In this document: one piece after another, positions 27,770 to 37,107 of the stretch
Layout of the letters: the number at the start of each line of letters is the position of its first letter
Position numbering within the stretch: position 1 is the first letter of the stretch
IMG/VR virus record: IMGVR_UViG_3300010348_000458
Span: 1-62,231 of that record
Reading direction: 5' to 3' (one strand)
DNA from: a virus
DNA: 62,231 bases
Program-made: the position numbers and the translations under genes
Notes under the pieces: generated by a model
What the model was told of the DNA's origin: nothing
What the model saw: the letters and a program-made list of their open reading frames with translations, nothing else
The model's database searches: none

Positions 27770-28871
27770 TATCCTTGCTTTTCAACAATTGTAACAGTTT
27801 TTCTCCGGTCAATGCCCCGCCGTTGATTAAGTCGTCTATCTTGTCGGGAAGTAATAAATCCACTGCCCGGACTCCAAGTTGTTCTTTCATCCGGCGGGCT
27901 GGAGATTTCCAGTCCTGACGCGCCCCCTCTGGCACCTGGTAGGTGTCCGGATCAAGCACAATAAATATCCTCCGAATATCCGGAGATGACAATTCTTTAA
28001 TCAAGTCTCCACGGATGTTCTTGCCGGATATTCCTAATACATGCAACCATGGCGCCAATGGATAATGGTCTGGCGTCCATAGATTCGCGTAAACGACCAT
28101 TGCCTTAATTTCCCCCTCAACCAACAGAATATCCCCCCAAAGCGTTTGTATGGTTGGGTTGGTGTAAAACAGCCGGTTATTGATACCGGACATTTCCGGG
28201 CGGTACTTTCCATGCTTCTGCATTTCGGGATTTAACAGGCGGTGCCTCAATCCAACCAGCTTCCATTGGACGTCCTCTCCGTTTTCCGTTTGGCGGTGTT
28301 CTGTCCGCCAATAAGGAATAGTCAGAGAATCGGATAGTATTTCCGCATCATCCATAAGGTATGATCGCCCCGGACAATATCCAACACCATACGCATCCTG
28401 CCAAAAATCGTTGATTCCACGCTTTCTCCATTCCGCCTTGGCATGAGCATATTGCAACCGATTCAGCGATTCGACATATCGTTCCTGCGCCCCGGACTTC
28501 CGAAGTCTTTCGATCACTTCGGCATCATCCTTGACCGGATCCTCAATTATAATCGGTTGAGAAATCTCAATGGACGACTCTTGGACGTATCTCTCGCCAG
28601 TCAGCCTCTCAAAGGCTTCCTTGAAACTAACGCCATCAAGCCACATCAAGAAATCCAACGCGTCGTTCCAATGACCGCCTGCACCAGGTTCTCCCGTGCA
28701 TTGTCGGCAGAACCAGCCACGCGGCGAAACGCGAAAACGGTCAACCCCGCCGCACTTTGGACATGCACCAGCCCATTCCTGCGCCGATACACGACGCAAT
28801 GCTGTCCTTGTCTTTACCAGGGACATCAAATTGACCCTTTTAATGGCGTTCCTTGCTGAAGGGGCTATCAT
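27738..28871 (-). CDS. DNA primase (zinc-ribbon plus Toprim-like)
   Basis: CPKCGG..CRQC zinc ribbon. LLVEGEIKAM and IFIVLDPD acidic motifs. Confidence 0.7.
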   Translation of the reverse strand: MIAPSARNAIKRVNLMSLVKTRTALRRVSAQEWAGACPKCGGVDRFRVSPRGWFCRQCTGEPGAGGHWNDALDFLMWLDGVSFKEAFERLTGERYVQESSIEISQPIIIEDPVKDDAEVIERLRKSGAQERYVESLNRLQYAHAKAEWRKRGINDFWQDAYGVGYCPGRSYLMDDAEILSDSLTIPYWRTEHRQTENGEDVQWKLVGLRHRLLNPEMQKHGKYRPEMSGINNRLFYTNPTIQTLWGDILLVEGEIKAMVVYANLWTPDHYPLAPWLHVLGISGKNIRGDLIKELSSPDIRRIFIVLDPDTYQVPEGARQDWKSPARRMKEQLGVRAVDLLLPDKIDDLINGGALTGEKLLQLLKSKDIAPSKRRKSG

Positions 28872-28899
28872 TAGCCCTCCCCTCTCAAAAGTTTCGATT

Positions 28900-28942
28900 A
28901 TTCTATCAGGTTCTCGAATGGATTACAAGTGACAAATGTCAC
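28900..28942 (-). promoter_or_regulatory. Promoter TTGTAA-N17-TAGAAT with directly adjacent operator gtgacatttgtcac
   Basis: Hexamers at 28923-28928 and 28900-28905. Operator at 28929-28942. Confidence 0.6.
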
Positions 28943-29880
28943 GTTTCCCGGAAATCGCTTTCATCATCATAAATCCTGCCGGAGTAAATTTCTCCAGATT
29001 CGATGCTCATTGGCTCCGGCGATTCAATATTGGAAATCACTTGGATTTTTATGGTGTGGTCTGATTGATATAATCGGACATAAAATCCGCCAATCGGTTT
29101 CGGAACCCCGCCCCTGGTAACATCCCACCCGCTTGCACCATCCCCATAAGACAGTTTGTATCCGGGAGTCCGAATATGATGCTGGGTATCAAAATACATG
29201 ATGCCCTTATTCGACAATCGCTCTCGCGTGATGGGGACATAATATCCATTATGATTATGCCCGTTCACAACAATATTGGCATCGGGAAGATAGACCGCTT
29301 GCCGGTTCGTATGGATGACGCCCCTTGTTACCGGAGCATCCCCACCGGCGCCATGGAAATACTTGACGCGCACGCTTGTTTTCGTACCCCCCATATCTAT
29401 CATATAGCGGACATATCCGCCATAACCGCCATGCTGAATCTCTGTGCTTTTTCGGCGGTTCAACTCAAACACCAGCCTGTCCATCAATGACGTATTGCTG
29501 TTTTTTAGAACAGAAATTTCATGGTTTCCGTCAGAAATGACATCCAGATTTTCTGCATATTCTTCCAAAAAATCCGCCGAGTCCTTGACTACGAAATCAT
29601 AATAATCAGGTCTACGGTACTCCGGGCGCAGTTCTGACATATCGCGTCGCGGATCAAATCTTCCCTGCATGGCATCAAACCAATCTCCAAAAATTGAGAT
29701 GGAAGCTCCAAGCTTCTTCGCCTCATCCAGATGTCTTTTTAGCGATTCGCGATAACACCGCGCGCTATCAAAATGAACATCGCTCGTAAAGTATAAGAGT
29801 TTTTCCCAACCAGCCAGCGCATCATCAAAATAGAAACTTGTTACCGCCCCCTCAACTTTTTTGGTTGTCGGTTGTATCAT
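28939..29880 (-). CDS. Calcineurin-like metallophosphoesterase
   Basis: Motifs DVHFDS, GDWFD, GNHE and GHNH in order. ATG 29880 with a GAAGGAGAA RBS. Confidence 0.8.
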   Translation of the reverse strand: MIQPTTKKVEGAVTSFYFDDALAGWEKLLYFTSDVHFDSARCYRESLKRHLDEAKKLGASISIFGDWFDAMQGRFDPRRDMSELRPEYRRPDYYDFVVKDSADFLEEYAENLDVISDGNHEISVLKNSNTSLMDRLVFELNRRKSTEIQHGGYGGYVRYMIDMGGTKTSVRVKYFHGAGGDAPVTRGVIHTNRQAVYLPDANIVVNGHNHNGYYVPITRERLSNKGIMYFDTQHHIRTPGYKLSYGDGASGWDVTRGGVPKPIGGFYVRLYQSDHTIKIQVISNIESPEPMSIESGEIYSGRIYDDESDFRET

Positions 29881-30334
29881 TGTTTCTCCTTCGTTTCGTT
29901 TTCCGTTGCGGCTTGTCAACTGGCGCGATTCCATTTTCCGCCAGTTGTTTTATCAGCCGCTTGATATATTCGTTTGCCTGTTCCAAGTCAAGCCGAACTT
30001 CTTCAAGCTCTTCGGAAAGCTTTTCGCGCTCCTCGCGTTCAAACTCGATTTGCGCTTCAAGTTCTTCGCGTTTTTGTCTTTCTATCGTCAGTTTCTCCTC
30101 TAATTCGGTTATTCGTTTCATTAGCGGCTCGTTGAGTGTTGCCATTCGTTCCGCTATTCCGGCAAATACATTGCTGGATTCTGACTGAATCTTTCTCTTT
30201 TCCTCTTCTAGCTTTTTGTTTTCCGCCTCCTTTCTTCGTTTTTCAACTCTAGCATTATACACATATAAGAACGCGGATACAATACCTGGAACAGAAGCGG
30301 CGATTGCAATAATGATAGTCCAAAAGTCATTCAT
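29852..30334 (-). CDS. Membrane-anchored coiled-coil protein (lysis-cassette neighbour)
   Basis: N-terminal transmembrane helix (WTIIIAIAASVPGIVSAFLYV), then a long E/K/R-rich helix. Confidence 0.5.
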   Translation of the reverse strand: MNDFWTIIIAIAASVPGIVSAFLYVYNARVEKRRKEAENKKLEEEKRKIQSESSNVFAGIAERMATLNEPLMKRITELEEKLTIERQKREELEAQIEFEREEREKLSEELEEVRLDLEQANEYIKRLIKQLAENGIAPVDKPQRKTKRRRNNDTTDNQKS

Positions 30335-30647
30335 GGTTTGCGTCCTCGCTATCCGCCTTATATCGTGCAATTTCCAAAACAAGCACTGTTATGAGTCCGT
30401 GCAACCTCAAGATGCTTGACCACGTTCCAAGCGATTCGATAACCTGATGAACATCAACGAATTTTGACAGAACGACCATGGAATAAAACAACAATCCATG
30501 AGCCATCCAGACCAAAATTGGAATCGCGAATAAAAGGATTTCCATGCGTCTAAACGAACTGGTATAGCGCCGAAGCCAAACAATTTGGACAACAACGATT
30601 GCTACAATGACCGTCATTGCAATTGACTGAATAAATATTCTGTCCAT
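30327..30647 (-). CDS. Multi-pass membrane protein (holin-like)
   Basis: 106 aa with 3 hydrophobic helices. Confidence 0.5.
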   Translation of the reverse strand: MDRIFIQSIAMTVIVAIVVVQIVWLRRYTSSFRRMEILLFAIPILVWMAHGLLFYSMVVLSKFVDVHQVIESLGTWSSILRLHGLITVLVLEIARYKADSEDANHE

Positions 30648-30696
30648 CGTTCCTCCGTTGGATCGGCGCTATACGCTAATTCCAAAAATACAATCG

Positions 30697-31017
30697 CTAA
30701 TATTCGCCAAGCACGCGCTTGACCGATCTTGTCTTTGGGGTAATCCGATGGACTCCCTGGTTGGCAACGATAGCGGCAATATAAATTCCGACGAGTTGGA
30801 AAATTCCCGCCTTGTCACAGGTGAATCCGTAATCCCATAAGCCAAGATAACACTGTCCGACATATACCCCAACCGCAACAAGGGCAAGCACGCCAGCCAT
30901 GATTAACTTTTTTGTCTCGTCAGAGAGGGCGGCAAACCATACGTTCAGTTTCGGGATATAGGAAAACGCCAGTGACAGTATTGCGCCAGCGATTCCAGCT
31001 AAAATTTCAGGTGTCAT
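30697..31017 (-). CDS. Putative holin
   Basis: ATG 31017 with a GGAGGAAT RBS. 3 transmembrane segments and a basic C-terminus. Lies downstream of the endolysin gene. Confidence 0.6.
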   Translation of the reverse strand: MTPEILAGIAGAILSLAFSYIPKLNVWFAALSDETKKLIMAGVLALVAVGVYVGQCYLGLWDYGFTCDKAGIFQLVGIYIAAIVANQGVHRITPKTRSVKRVLGEY

Positions 31018-31019
31018 TT

Positions 31020-31220
31020 TTATTCCTCCTTTTGTTCTAATTGCCACGCGGTGAGCGTGGATTCGGATACGGTTTGGTTTGGTTGTTTTGTGTTCATTAT
31101 TTCATAGTGATATTCGCTCCCGATATATAAGATTTTGACAACGGTTCCCCGTCCCATCGGGGTATTGACAACATTACCCAACTTGAAGGCATATCGCTCC
31201 ACTATATCTTTGCCATCCAT
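31020..31220 (-). CDS. Hypothetical protein
   Basis: 66 aa ORF between the lysin and the holin. Confidence 0.45.
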   Translation of the reverse strand: MDGKDIVERYAFKLGNVVNTPMGRGTVVKILYIGSEYHYEIMNTKQPNQTVSESTLTAWQLEQKEE

Positions 31221-32068
31221 TCCATGCTACACCATTCCCCAATCCCAATTCTTCCCCATCCGTTGCGGATTTCATAAACCTGCCGAACGGTTCCAAATGG
31301 CATTGTATATAACTTTGGACAATCTGTGCCTGGACAGGAACGAACACGCAGACCAAGCGGAGCAATCACGCGGTATTTTGGGCTGGTAGTTGGCGGTTCT
31401 ACCGGTGGCGTATCCCCAAACATTTCATCCCACGCGTCCTCCCTAAAAAAGTTTAGGTCAATCAAGCCGCTAAATCCTGGAAGATAAAACTTGTCTCCAG
31501 ACCATTGCCAGATGATCGGGTCACCGCCTCCGCGCAAGGAATTAACCCATCCAGAAGGATAATAATTGACCAGTTGTTCCCACGAACAGGAAACGCGCGG
31601 ATAGGTTGGTAACGGGTAACGCGCAAGCCAGAACCTATCTTCAACCTGCCATGACGGATATGGACTCATGTGAGCGTCCCACCACCATGCTCCGGTATAG
31701 AAAATCATGTTCTGATATTCCCATTTTAGGGCATCCCGCATTTCTTTGACCTTGGCGCGCATCGTTGAATTGCTATATCCCCTGTCCAATTCAACGTCAA
31801 GAACAATTGGGATGTCAAGGTTCGGTGGACAATAAGAACGAATCCGCGCCATGTGTTGCGCGGTTGTGTACCATGGGTCAAATACATGATAAAACGTCAA
31901 TTTCCAGTCCGGCTTGTGGCTTCTGTAATTTGCCCAATCTGCAATAAAATCAGCATCTTGCCAGTTTCCTTGACCACCGCGCAAAATCGCGAATTGTACA
32001 TCATGAATCAGCGAATAATCAGTAACCTGATTTCCAGCCCAGGTGTCAATTCCTAATATCCTCGTCAT
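31202..32068 (-). CDS. Endolysin: GH25 muramidase with C-terminal SH3-like domain
   Basis: ILGIDTWAGN...FAILRGGQG...D.DF...FYHVF fits the GH25 pattern. C-terminal YRVIAPLGLRVRS...GWGRI is SH3-like. Confidence 0.8.
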   Translation of the reverse strand: MTRILGIDTWAGNQVTDYSLIHDVQFAILRGGQGNWQDADFIADWANYRSHKPDWKLTFYHVFDPWYTTAQHMARIRSYCPPNLDIPIVLDVELDRGYSNSTMRAKVKEMRDALKWEYQNMIFYTGAWWWDAHMSPYPSWQVEDRFWLARYPLPTYPRVSCSWEQLVNYYPSGWVNSLRGGGDPIIWQWSGDKFYLPGFSGLIDLNFFREDAWDEMFGDTPPVEPPTTSPKYRVIAPLGLRVRSCPGTDCPKLYTMPFGTVRQVYEIRNGWGRIGIGEWCSMEWMAKI

Positions 32069-32076
32069 GCAACCTC

Positions 32077-32736
32077 CTATTTGAAAAGCCAGCGGCTATG
32101 TTGCCATAGCGACCATATCAGATAATCTGGAACAATTGAGGCGGCAACAAAGCACAGTGCCGCCTGTCCGTCAAAATAATTTGCTCGATTTGTCCTCCCG
32201 ATTTCAAATGGCTCCGTTGAGTTGTAAATCGTTGCCGCCGCCGGACTTGACGTTGCCGTATAGGAAGCAATTGTTGTGTTTACCCACAGCTTCAATTCTT
32301 TTCTCGGTGTAAACCTTCCGACAATAAAATACCAGTTATCGTTTGCGATTCCGTAAGTTGCTCCCGCAATGGTTGTTGTGTCAACTGCGGCTCCATCTCC
32401 GGAAACCTGAACGGAAATCGCCCCGGTGTTTGTGGAGCGATAAATCCGGTAAGCGCGCTGGTTTCCTGTTTCATACCATTTTGAGATAAGACCTTCTGAA
32501 GCCGTTGCCGCAAAGCTATCAAAGTTGAACCATCCGCCAAACGTCAAACCACTATAAGTAACGTGCGACTCGTTTCCGATAACGTCAAAGTGTGAACAGT
32601 CCGGATGGTAAAGATAATTCGTGTTCGCCCTCACGAAGTCCATGACCGGCGCAAGGCGATCATACGTGATATTTGGAGAGCCCAACCCTGCTGTAATCAG
32701 ATGATAACCATTGGCAACATCAGAAACGTTTGGCAT
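32077..32736 (-). CDS. Tail fibre / receptor-binding-like protein
   Basis: 219 aa, last gene of the tail block. The jelly-roll/LamG-like impression is low confidence. Confidence 0.5.
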   Translation of the reverse strand: MPNVSDVANGYHLITAGLGSPNITYDRLAPVMDFVRANTNYLYHPDCSHFDVIGNESHVTYSGLTFGGWFNFDSFAATASEGLISKWYETGNQRAYRIYRSTNTGAISVQVSGDGAAVDTTTIAGATYGIANDNWYFIVGRFTPRKELKLWVNTTIASYTATSSPAAATIYNSTEPFEIGRTNRANYFDGQAALCFVAASIVPDYLIWSLWQHSRWLFK

Positions 32737-32744
32737 GTTCGCTC

Positions 32745-33260
32745 CTATATCTCATAAAACCCCTGGCAATAAATACGCTTGCTATTGGCGTTTGTCCATG
32801 CACCAGTTCCCATATTTGTATAGAAATTAATGGTTGTTGATGCGGACGGAATGTACCAACGTGACGCAACGGTAAGGACTGCTCCATTATTAATGGCATA
32901 TCCGTTAGCTCCAGTCCAGTTCATGTTTGCGATAGTTGCCGCCTTGATCGGCAGGGCAATGCTCGCGCTAGTGGCGTTGGACGTTCCGGCGGTCATTGCA
33001 ATCGCGAACAGAACGATTCTTCCGAAGAGAACCGCGAATTTATAGATTCCCGTTGGAATGTCCGTCCACCCGGTTTGTGACGCAGGAGTCCATGATGTCC
33101 ACGCGCCCGAAGTCTGTATTCCCATGGGAAAAAACGATGCCAGACCAGGTACTTCCAGAAATTCAGAACAAACATTCTGCCACGCAAAATTAGGCTCGTC
33201 CCTTCGCTGGAAATAGCCATTCAATGAACCTATCATGGAGTTATTTGGAGTTCCCGGCAT
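32745..33260 (-). CDS. Hypothetical tail protein
   Basis: ATG 33260, coupled to the upstream gene. Confidence 0.5.
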   Translation of the reverse strand: MPGTPNNSMIGSLNGYFQRRDEPNFAWQNVCSEFLEVPGLASFFPMGIQTSGAWTSWTPASQTGWTDIPTGIYKFAVLFGRIVLFAIAMTAGTSNATSASIALPIKAATIANMNWTGANGYAINNGAVLTVASRWYIPSASTTINFYTNMGTGAWTNANSKRIYCQGFYEI

Positions 33261-34432
33261 TATACAAACCCTCCCATGGTTAACTTCTGTACATATTGGC
33301 TCAATTTGTCTGTTTTCCCGCCCATCAACGACACCGTCCATGGAGCATCATATCGCATGGACTCGATAAACTTCATGCGCGGGTCTTTACGAAATTCAGC
33401 CGGTCTTTCTGCTATTCCCGCATTGAAATCAGAAATCAAAATCCATTGTCCGGGAAGAACATCATAGGGGAAGATATTCGCCCCGCTTATTTTGTCTGTA
33501 ATATGTTGCAACGGGTCTGATAGTTTGTGAACATATTTTACGGTGTTTGGAATGGTATCATAATAAATCACATTTCCATAAACGCCAAATAATCTTCGCT
33601 CGTCACTTGTGTCGTTTCCATACGAAACAAGTTCTTCTATAATATCCCATGCAAATCTTGTTCCATCTTCTCCAGCAGGAACAAGCAATAAATTGTCTTT
33701 GATATTGGAACGATCAAGCGAAAAGATTCCATTCGGATCTGCTGCGATAACGCTCATCAACTTTGTGTATAAACTGACTGCGCCAGACGTAAAATCATCG
33801 TAAATGTAAAATCGAAACCAGTGAACCCATCCCATACACTCTAAAGAAATTTGAAGCTCTGACGCCGCCGAGTCTGAAAGGTTCAAGTCACCCGTGCTTG
33901 CCGGATATGAATTTTCCGTCAAATATACATCTCTAACCTCAATCGCTTCTGCGTCTGTAATACTTCCGCCAGAATACATTTTTTCGATGACGCCAAACTT
34001 TTCCTGACTTCCGGTGTCCTCTGTAATCAATGTAAATGTTGATGTTCCAGAAACGGGAGGATAAACCGAGTAATCAATTGGTGTGTATTGGACACTGACG
34101 CGATTTCCGATTTCTTCAATCGCCCCAGAACTGTGTTGCAATCCGCCAATGGAAACGGTAATTTTGTTAACGAACCCATCCCAGACCGGGACTCCCTGAT
34201 GCCCGACAATGCAGATGCGCCGCCCCAATCCATTAGACAGCCAATCCTCTGCCATTACAAAACTTCCATTCATGCTTATATCTGCCGACCAATCTCCTCC
34301 CATAGCTAGCTTCTCAAAGGATAGCCCCGTAATTTTGTCGGTTAAATCCTCGATAAAATAATTTTTCATTACTCCGAACTTTGGATTATAGGAATTAACC
34401 GAAATGCCAGTTGGCGCCAAAATCGTTTTCAT
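33260..34432 (-). CDS. Distal tail / baseplate protein
   Basis: 390 aa. Assigned by position only. Confidence 0.6.
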   Translation of the reverse strand: MKTILAPTGISVNSYNPKFGVMKNYFIEDLTDKITGLSFEKLAMGGDWSADISMNGSFVMAEDWLSNGLGRRICIVGHQGVPVWDGFVNKITVSIGGLQHSSGAIEEIGNRVSVQYTPIDYSVYPPVSGTSTFTLITEDTGSQEKFGVIEKMYSGGSITDAEAIEVRDVYLTENSYPASTGDLNLSDSAASELQISLECMGWVHWFRFYIYDDFTSGAVSLYTKLMSVIAADPNGIFSLDRSNIKDNLLLVPAGEDGTRFAWDIIEELVSYGNDTSDERRLFGVYGNVIYYDTIPNTVKYVHKLSDPLQHITDKISGANIFPYDVLPGQWILISDFNAGIAERPAEFRKDPRMKFIESMRYDAPWTVSLMGGKTDKLSQYVQKLTMGGFV

Positions 34433-37107
34433 TACCGCGCTCCTCTCATCCCAAGATACCGCTGTGCTTTCTTGGCGGTCAACGTATGTCCCATTTCAAA
34501 GTGACTGGATTCATAATTATCGTCAACCAGCGTTGAATAATCCTGATAGTTATTATAAGCAAAAAACCACATGCGATGGGCTTGATTTTGTGCCAGGATC
34601 GCGTTTCCATAACAGAACTCGCCCCATCGCTCCTTATAATAAATGGGGTCGCCGACAGAAATTCCGGATTCGTCTGCTACAATTGCAGAAATCGCTTCTC
34701 TTCCATAAATACTGTCAATCATCAGGGAACGGTATGCGCGTTTGTCGAATTGCGGGGCAAGGGATGAATAAACGTTGTCCTTGTTCATATAGAAATCGCC
34801 AATCCACTCATCTGCTGGCATGAGAATAATGTCGTATAGATACAGAGTCGAAGCGCCAGTCCTGATGGAAATCAAATCAAAATTTAATGCAATCGCGAAA
34901 TTTCTTCCCGGAACCTCCCGGTAAGGTGGCATGATGGACAGCCGCCCCAACTCGCAAACATACGGTTGCGGATCAAGCGCCATATCAGAATCGTATCGAG
35001 TTGGAGCGAATGCGGTTGACCCGCAAACTGTATTATTTGTACTTGCCTGCAAACGCAAATAATGAGTATCTGGGCTTGTTTCCAGATAGCGCACAAAAAC
35101 GCGATATTCTCCAATCCATTGATTTCCATAAATCGGATTGATTGTTACTGTCAGAATATCGCGTTCTGCTCCCACCGCACCGCCCCCGGTGTCCTGAATA
35201 TATCGTCCGGTTGTTGAGTATGGCGAACTCGCGAATGTTGCGAAACCAGCCGCAACATCCACAGAGTAAACATTTCCGCCAAGGCTATCATAAAATGGAA
35301 CGTCAGTTAAATTCAGGTATGGGGTATATTCAGAACCGCGCCAATCAGAGCGCAACCCCATAATGACGCGCCCGGTATCATAAAAGGACGGATAAATAAA
35401 GAACGGAGACCATGTGTTACGGATCAACCAGTTTGCTTTTGCTGGAATGTCCCCGCCAACTTCGGTTTCCTCGATGTCAACATAAGGAGTATTTACCGTG
35501 TAAATCTGGCGGTTCTGCTGTTGCGCCCGTGCCGCCGCTGACATTACGCTCGTCAAACGATAGCGAACCCAATATCCGGTTACGCCATTAACTGTGGTTG
35601 TAGCCCAATTGGACGGGCTTCTCCACCAGACACTTCCGATCCCATCGTCGGAAAATGAATGGTAATCGAACCCCAACCCGATTGCTGTATCCATGGCGGT
35701 CTTATCCTGTGTGTTCAGGCGAGTCCATGCCGCGCCCGTCCAGTATTCCCATCGCCCCTCGTCATTGATAGCGATACTGGTATCAAGATCAAATACGGCG
35801 TTTGTGAAAATTCCGGGGCTGGGGGATAGATTGTCACAGCCAAGATAAAGTATGTCGCCAGTTGCGATTGGATTCGGTAAAATATCATAAGGCAGGGACG
35901 ACAACATAAGGTTTGTGCTATAAGTCCCCGTAGATGCGTCATAATAAATGGCGTGTGTGATGTTCTGTTGTGTATGTTTGTTGCAAATAAACACCGATAA
36001 ATCATCGCACGTTGGCTCCATGCCATAGATGCTCCATCCGCCCTCCAGTGTATATATCCATAACTGCGGTGCATCATAGGTGGCATGGTCATAAGATGCA
36101 ATTCTGCGGGTCGCGTTTACCGATGATGCGTTATCGTCAAAGAATATAACCAGGTTTTGTGGATTAGGCGCCCCAAATACAATGTTATCAATGTAAGATT
36201 GAACAACCGTTGAAATATCTGGCGTCCATCCAACTGTTCCGGCTCCGGTAAAGGCTGGAACCGTCCACGATACTTTTGTTGATGATCGTGTTCTTGCTCC
36301 AAAATCAGCGTATGTGCTAAACGTATTAACTGGAGTGGACATTTGATGGCTGATGGATATATTACAATTCACGTTGGCATCAGCCGCATATTGAATATAA
36401 CGAATATAAGCCTTAAGAATAACCCATCGTGTTGTAATAGAGCCAACAGACTGAAAACGCATCCCGGCACTTTTATCATAACCAAACATAAGATAATTTG
36501 AGTTCAGTGAAATTACGACCCCGAACAAATGAGCATCGTCCGTGCTGCTCTCGACTTCATAAGATTCAATCGCTGGCGCACCGTGCTGGTTAGATATTTT
36601 CACACAATCCGCAACGGTTTTCGGCTTGTAGCTTGTCCAAACTCCATGTTCAACCTGAATCTCCAGGTCATCCATGGCAACCATGGAACCGGCACTGAAA
36701 GGAGGCTCGTGCGGGTTGGCATCGTAGGGAACAGAAATATCATAAACAAGCGCGTACCTTGTATTTGTTTCGCGGTCTCCCCTTGCCTCAATCCATACCG
36801 GGTCGGATGGATACGCCGCAACCCAAAACGAGCGCGCCTTCTCTCCGAGCCGCTTCAACTCCTGCATTTGTTGTATCAAATCGTCCTGACATCCGCCATG
36901 TAGTTTGGACGAAAAAACATCCCGGACATTGGCAAACTTCGCCATAACCAGGCGGCGACCATCTGACAGCGAAGAGTCTTGCCAAATCCCACCGTTTTCA
37001 AGTTCCGGGTTTGCCGGACTCCACCCGCCATCATCAAGCTTAAACTTGGCGTCTATTAAAGAAATAGTCGTCGTTCCGTCCGTAATTCGTAAAATTCCAC
37101 TTGTCAT
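34432..37107 (-). CDS. Large tail-associated protein
   Basis: 891 aa, immediately after the tape measure gene. Confidence 0.7.
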   Translation of the reverse strand: MTSGILRITDGTTTISLIDAKFKLDDGGWSPANPELENGGIWQDSSLSDGRRLVMAKFANVRDVFSSKLHGGCQDDLIQQMQELKRLGEKARSFWVAAYPSDPVWIEARGDRETNTRYALVYDISVPYDANPHEPPFSAGSMVAMDDLEIQVEHGVWTSYKPKTVADCVKISNQHGAPAIESYEVESSTDDAHLFGVVISLNSNYLMFGYDKSAGMRFQSVGSITTRWVILKAYIRYIQYAADANVNCNISISHQMSTPVNTFSTYADFGARTRSSTKVSWTVPAFTGAGTVGWTPDISTVVQSYIDNIVFGAPNPQNLVIFFDDNASSVNATRRIASYDHATYDAPQLWIYTLEGGWSIYGMEPTCDDLSVFICNKHTQQNITHAIYYDASTGTYSTNLMLSSLPYDILPNPIATGDILYLGCDNLSPSPGIFTNAVFDLDTSIAINDEGRWEYWTGAAWTRLNTQDKTAMDTAIGLGFDYHSFSDDGIGSVWWRSPSNWATTTVNGVTGYWVRYRLTSVMSAAARAQQQNRQIYTVNTPYVDIEETEVGGDIPAKANWLIRNTWSPFFIYPSFYDTGRVIMGLRSDWRGSEYTPYLNLTDVPFYDSLGGNVYSVDVAAGFATFASSPYSTTGRYIQDTGGGAVGAERDILTVTINPIYGNQWIGEYRVFVRYLETSPDTHYLRLQASTNNTVCGSTAFAPTRYDSDMALDPQPYVCELGRLSIMPPYREVPGRNFAIALNFDLISIRTGASTLYLYDIILMPADEWIGDFYMNKDNVYSSLAPQFDKRAYRSLMIDSIYGREAISAIVADESGISVGDPIYYKERWGEFCYGNAILAQNQAHRMWFFAYNNYQDYSTLVDDNYESSHFEMGHTLTAKKAQRYLGMRGAR

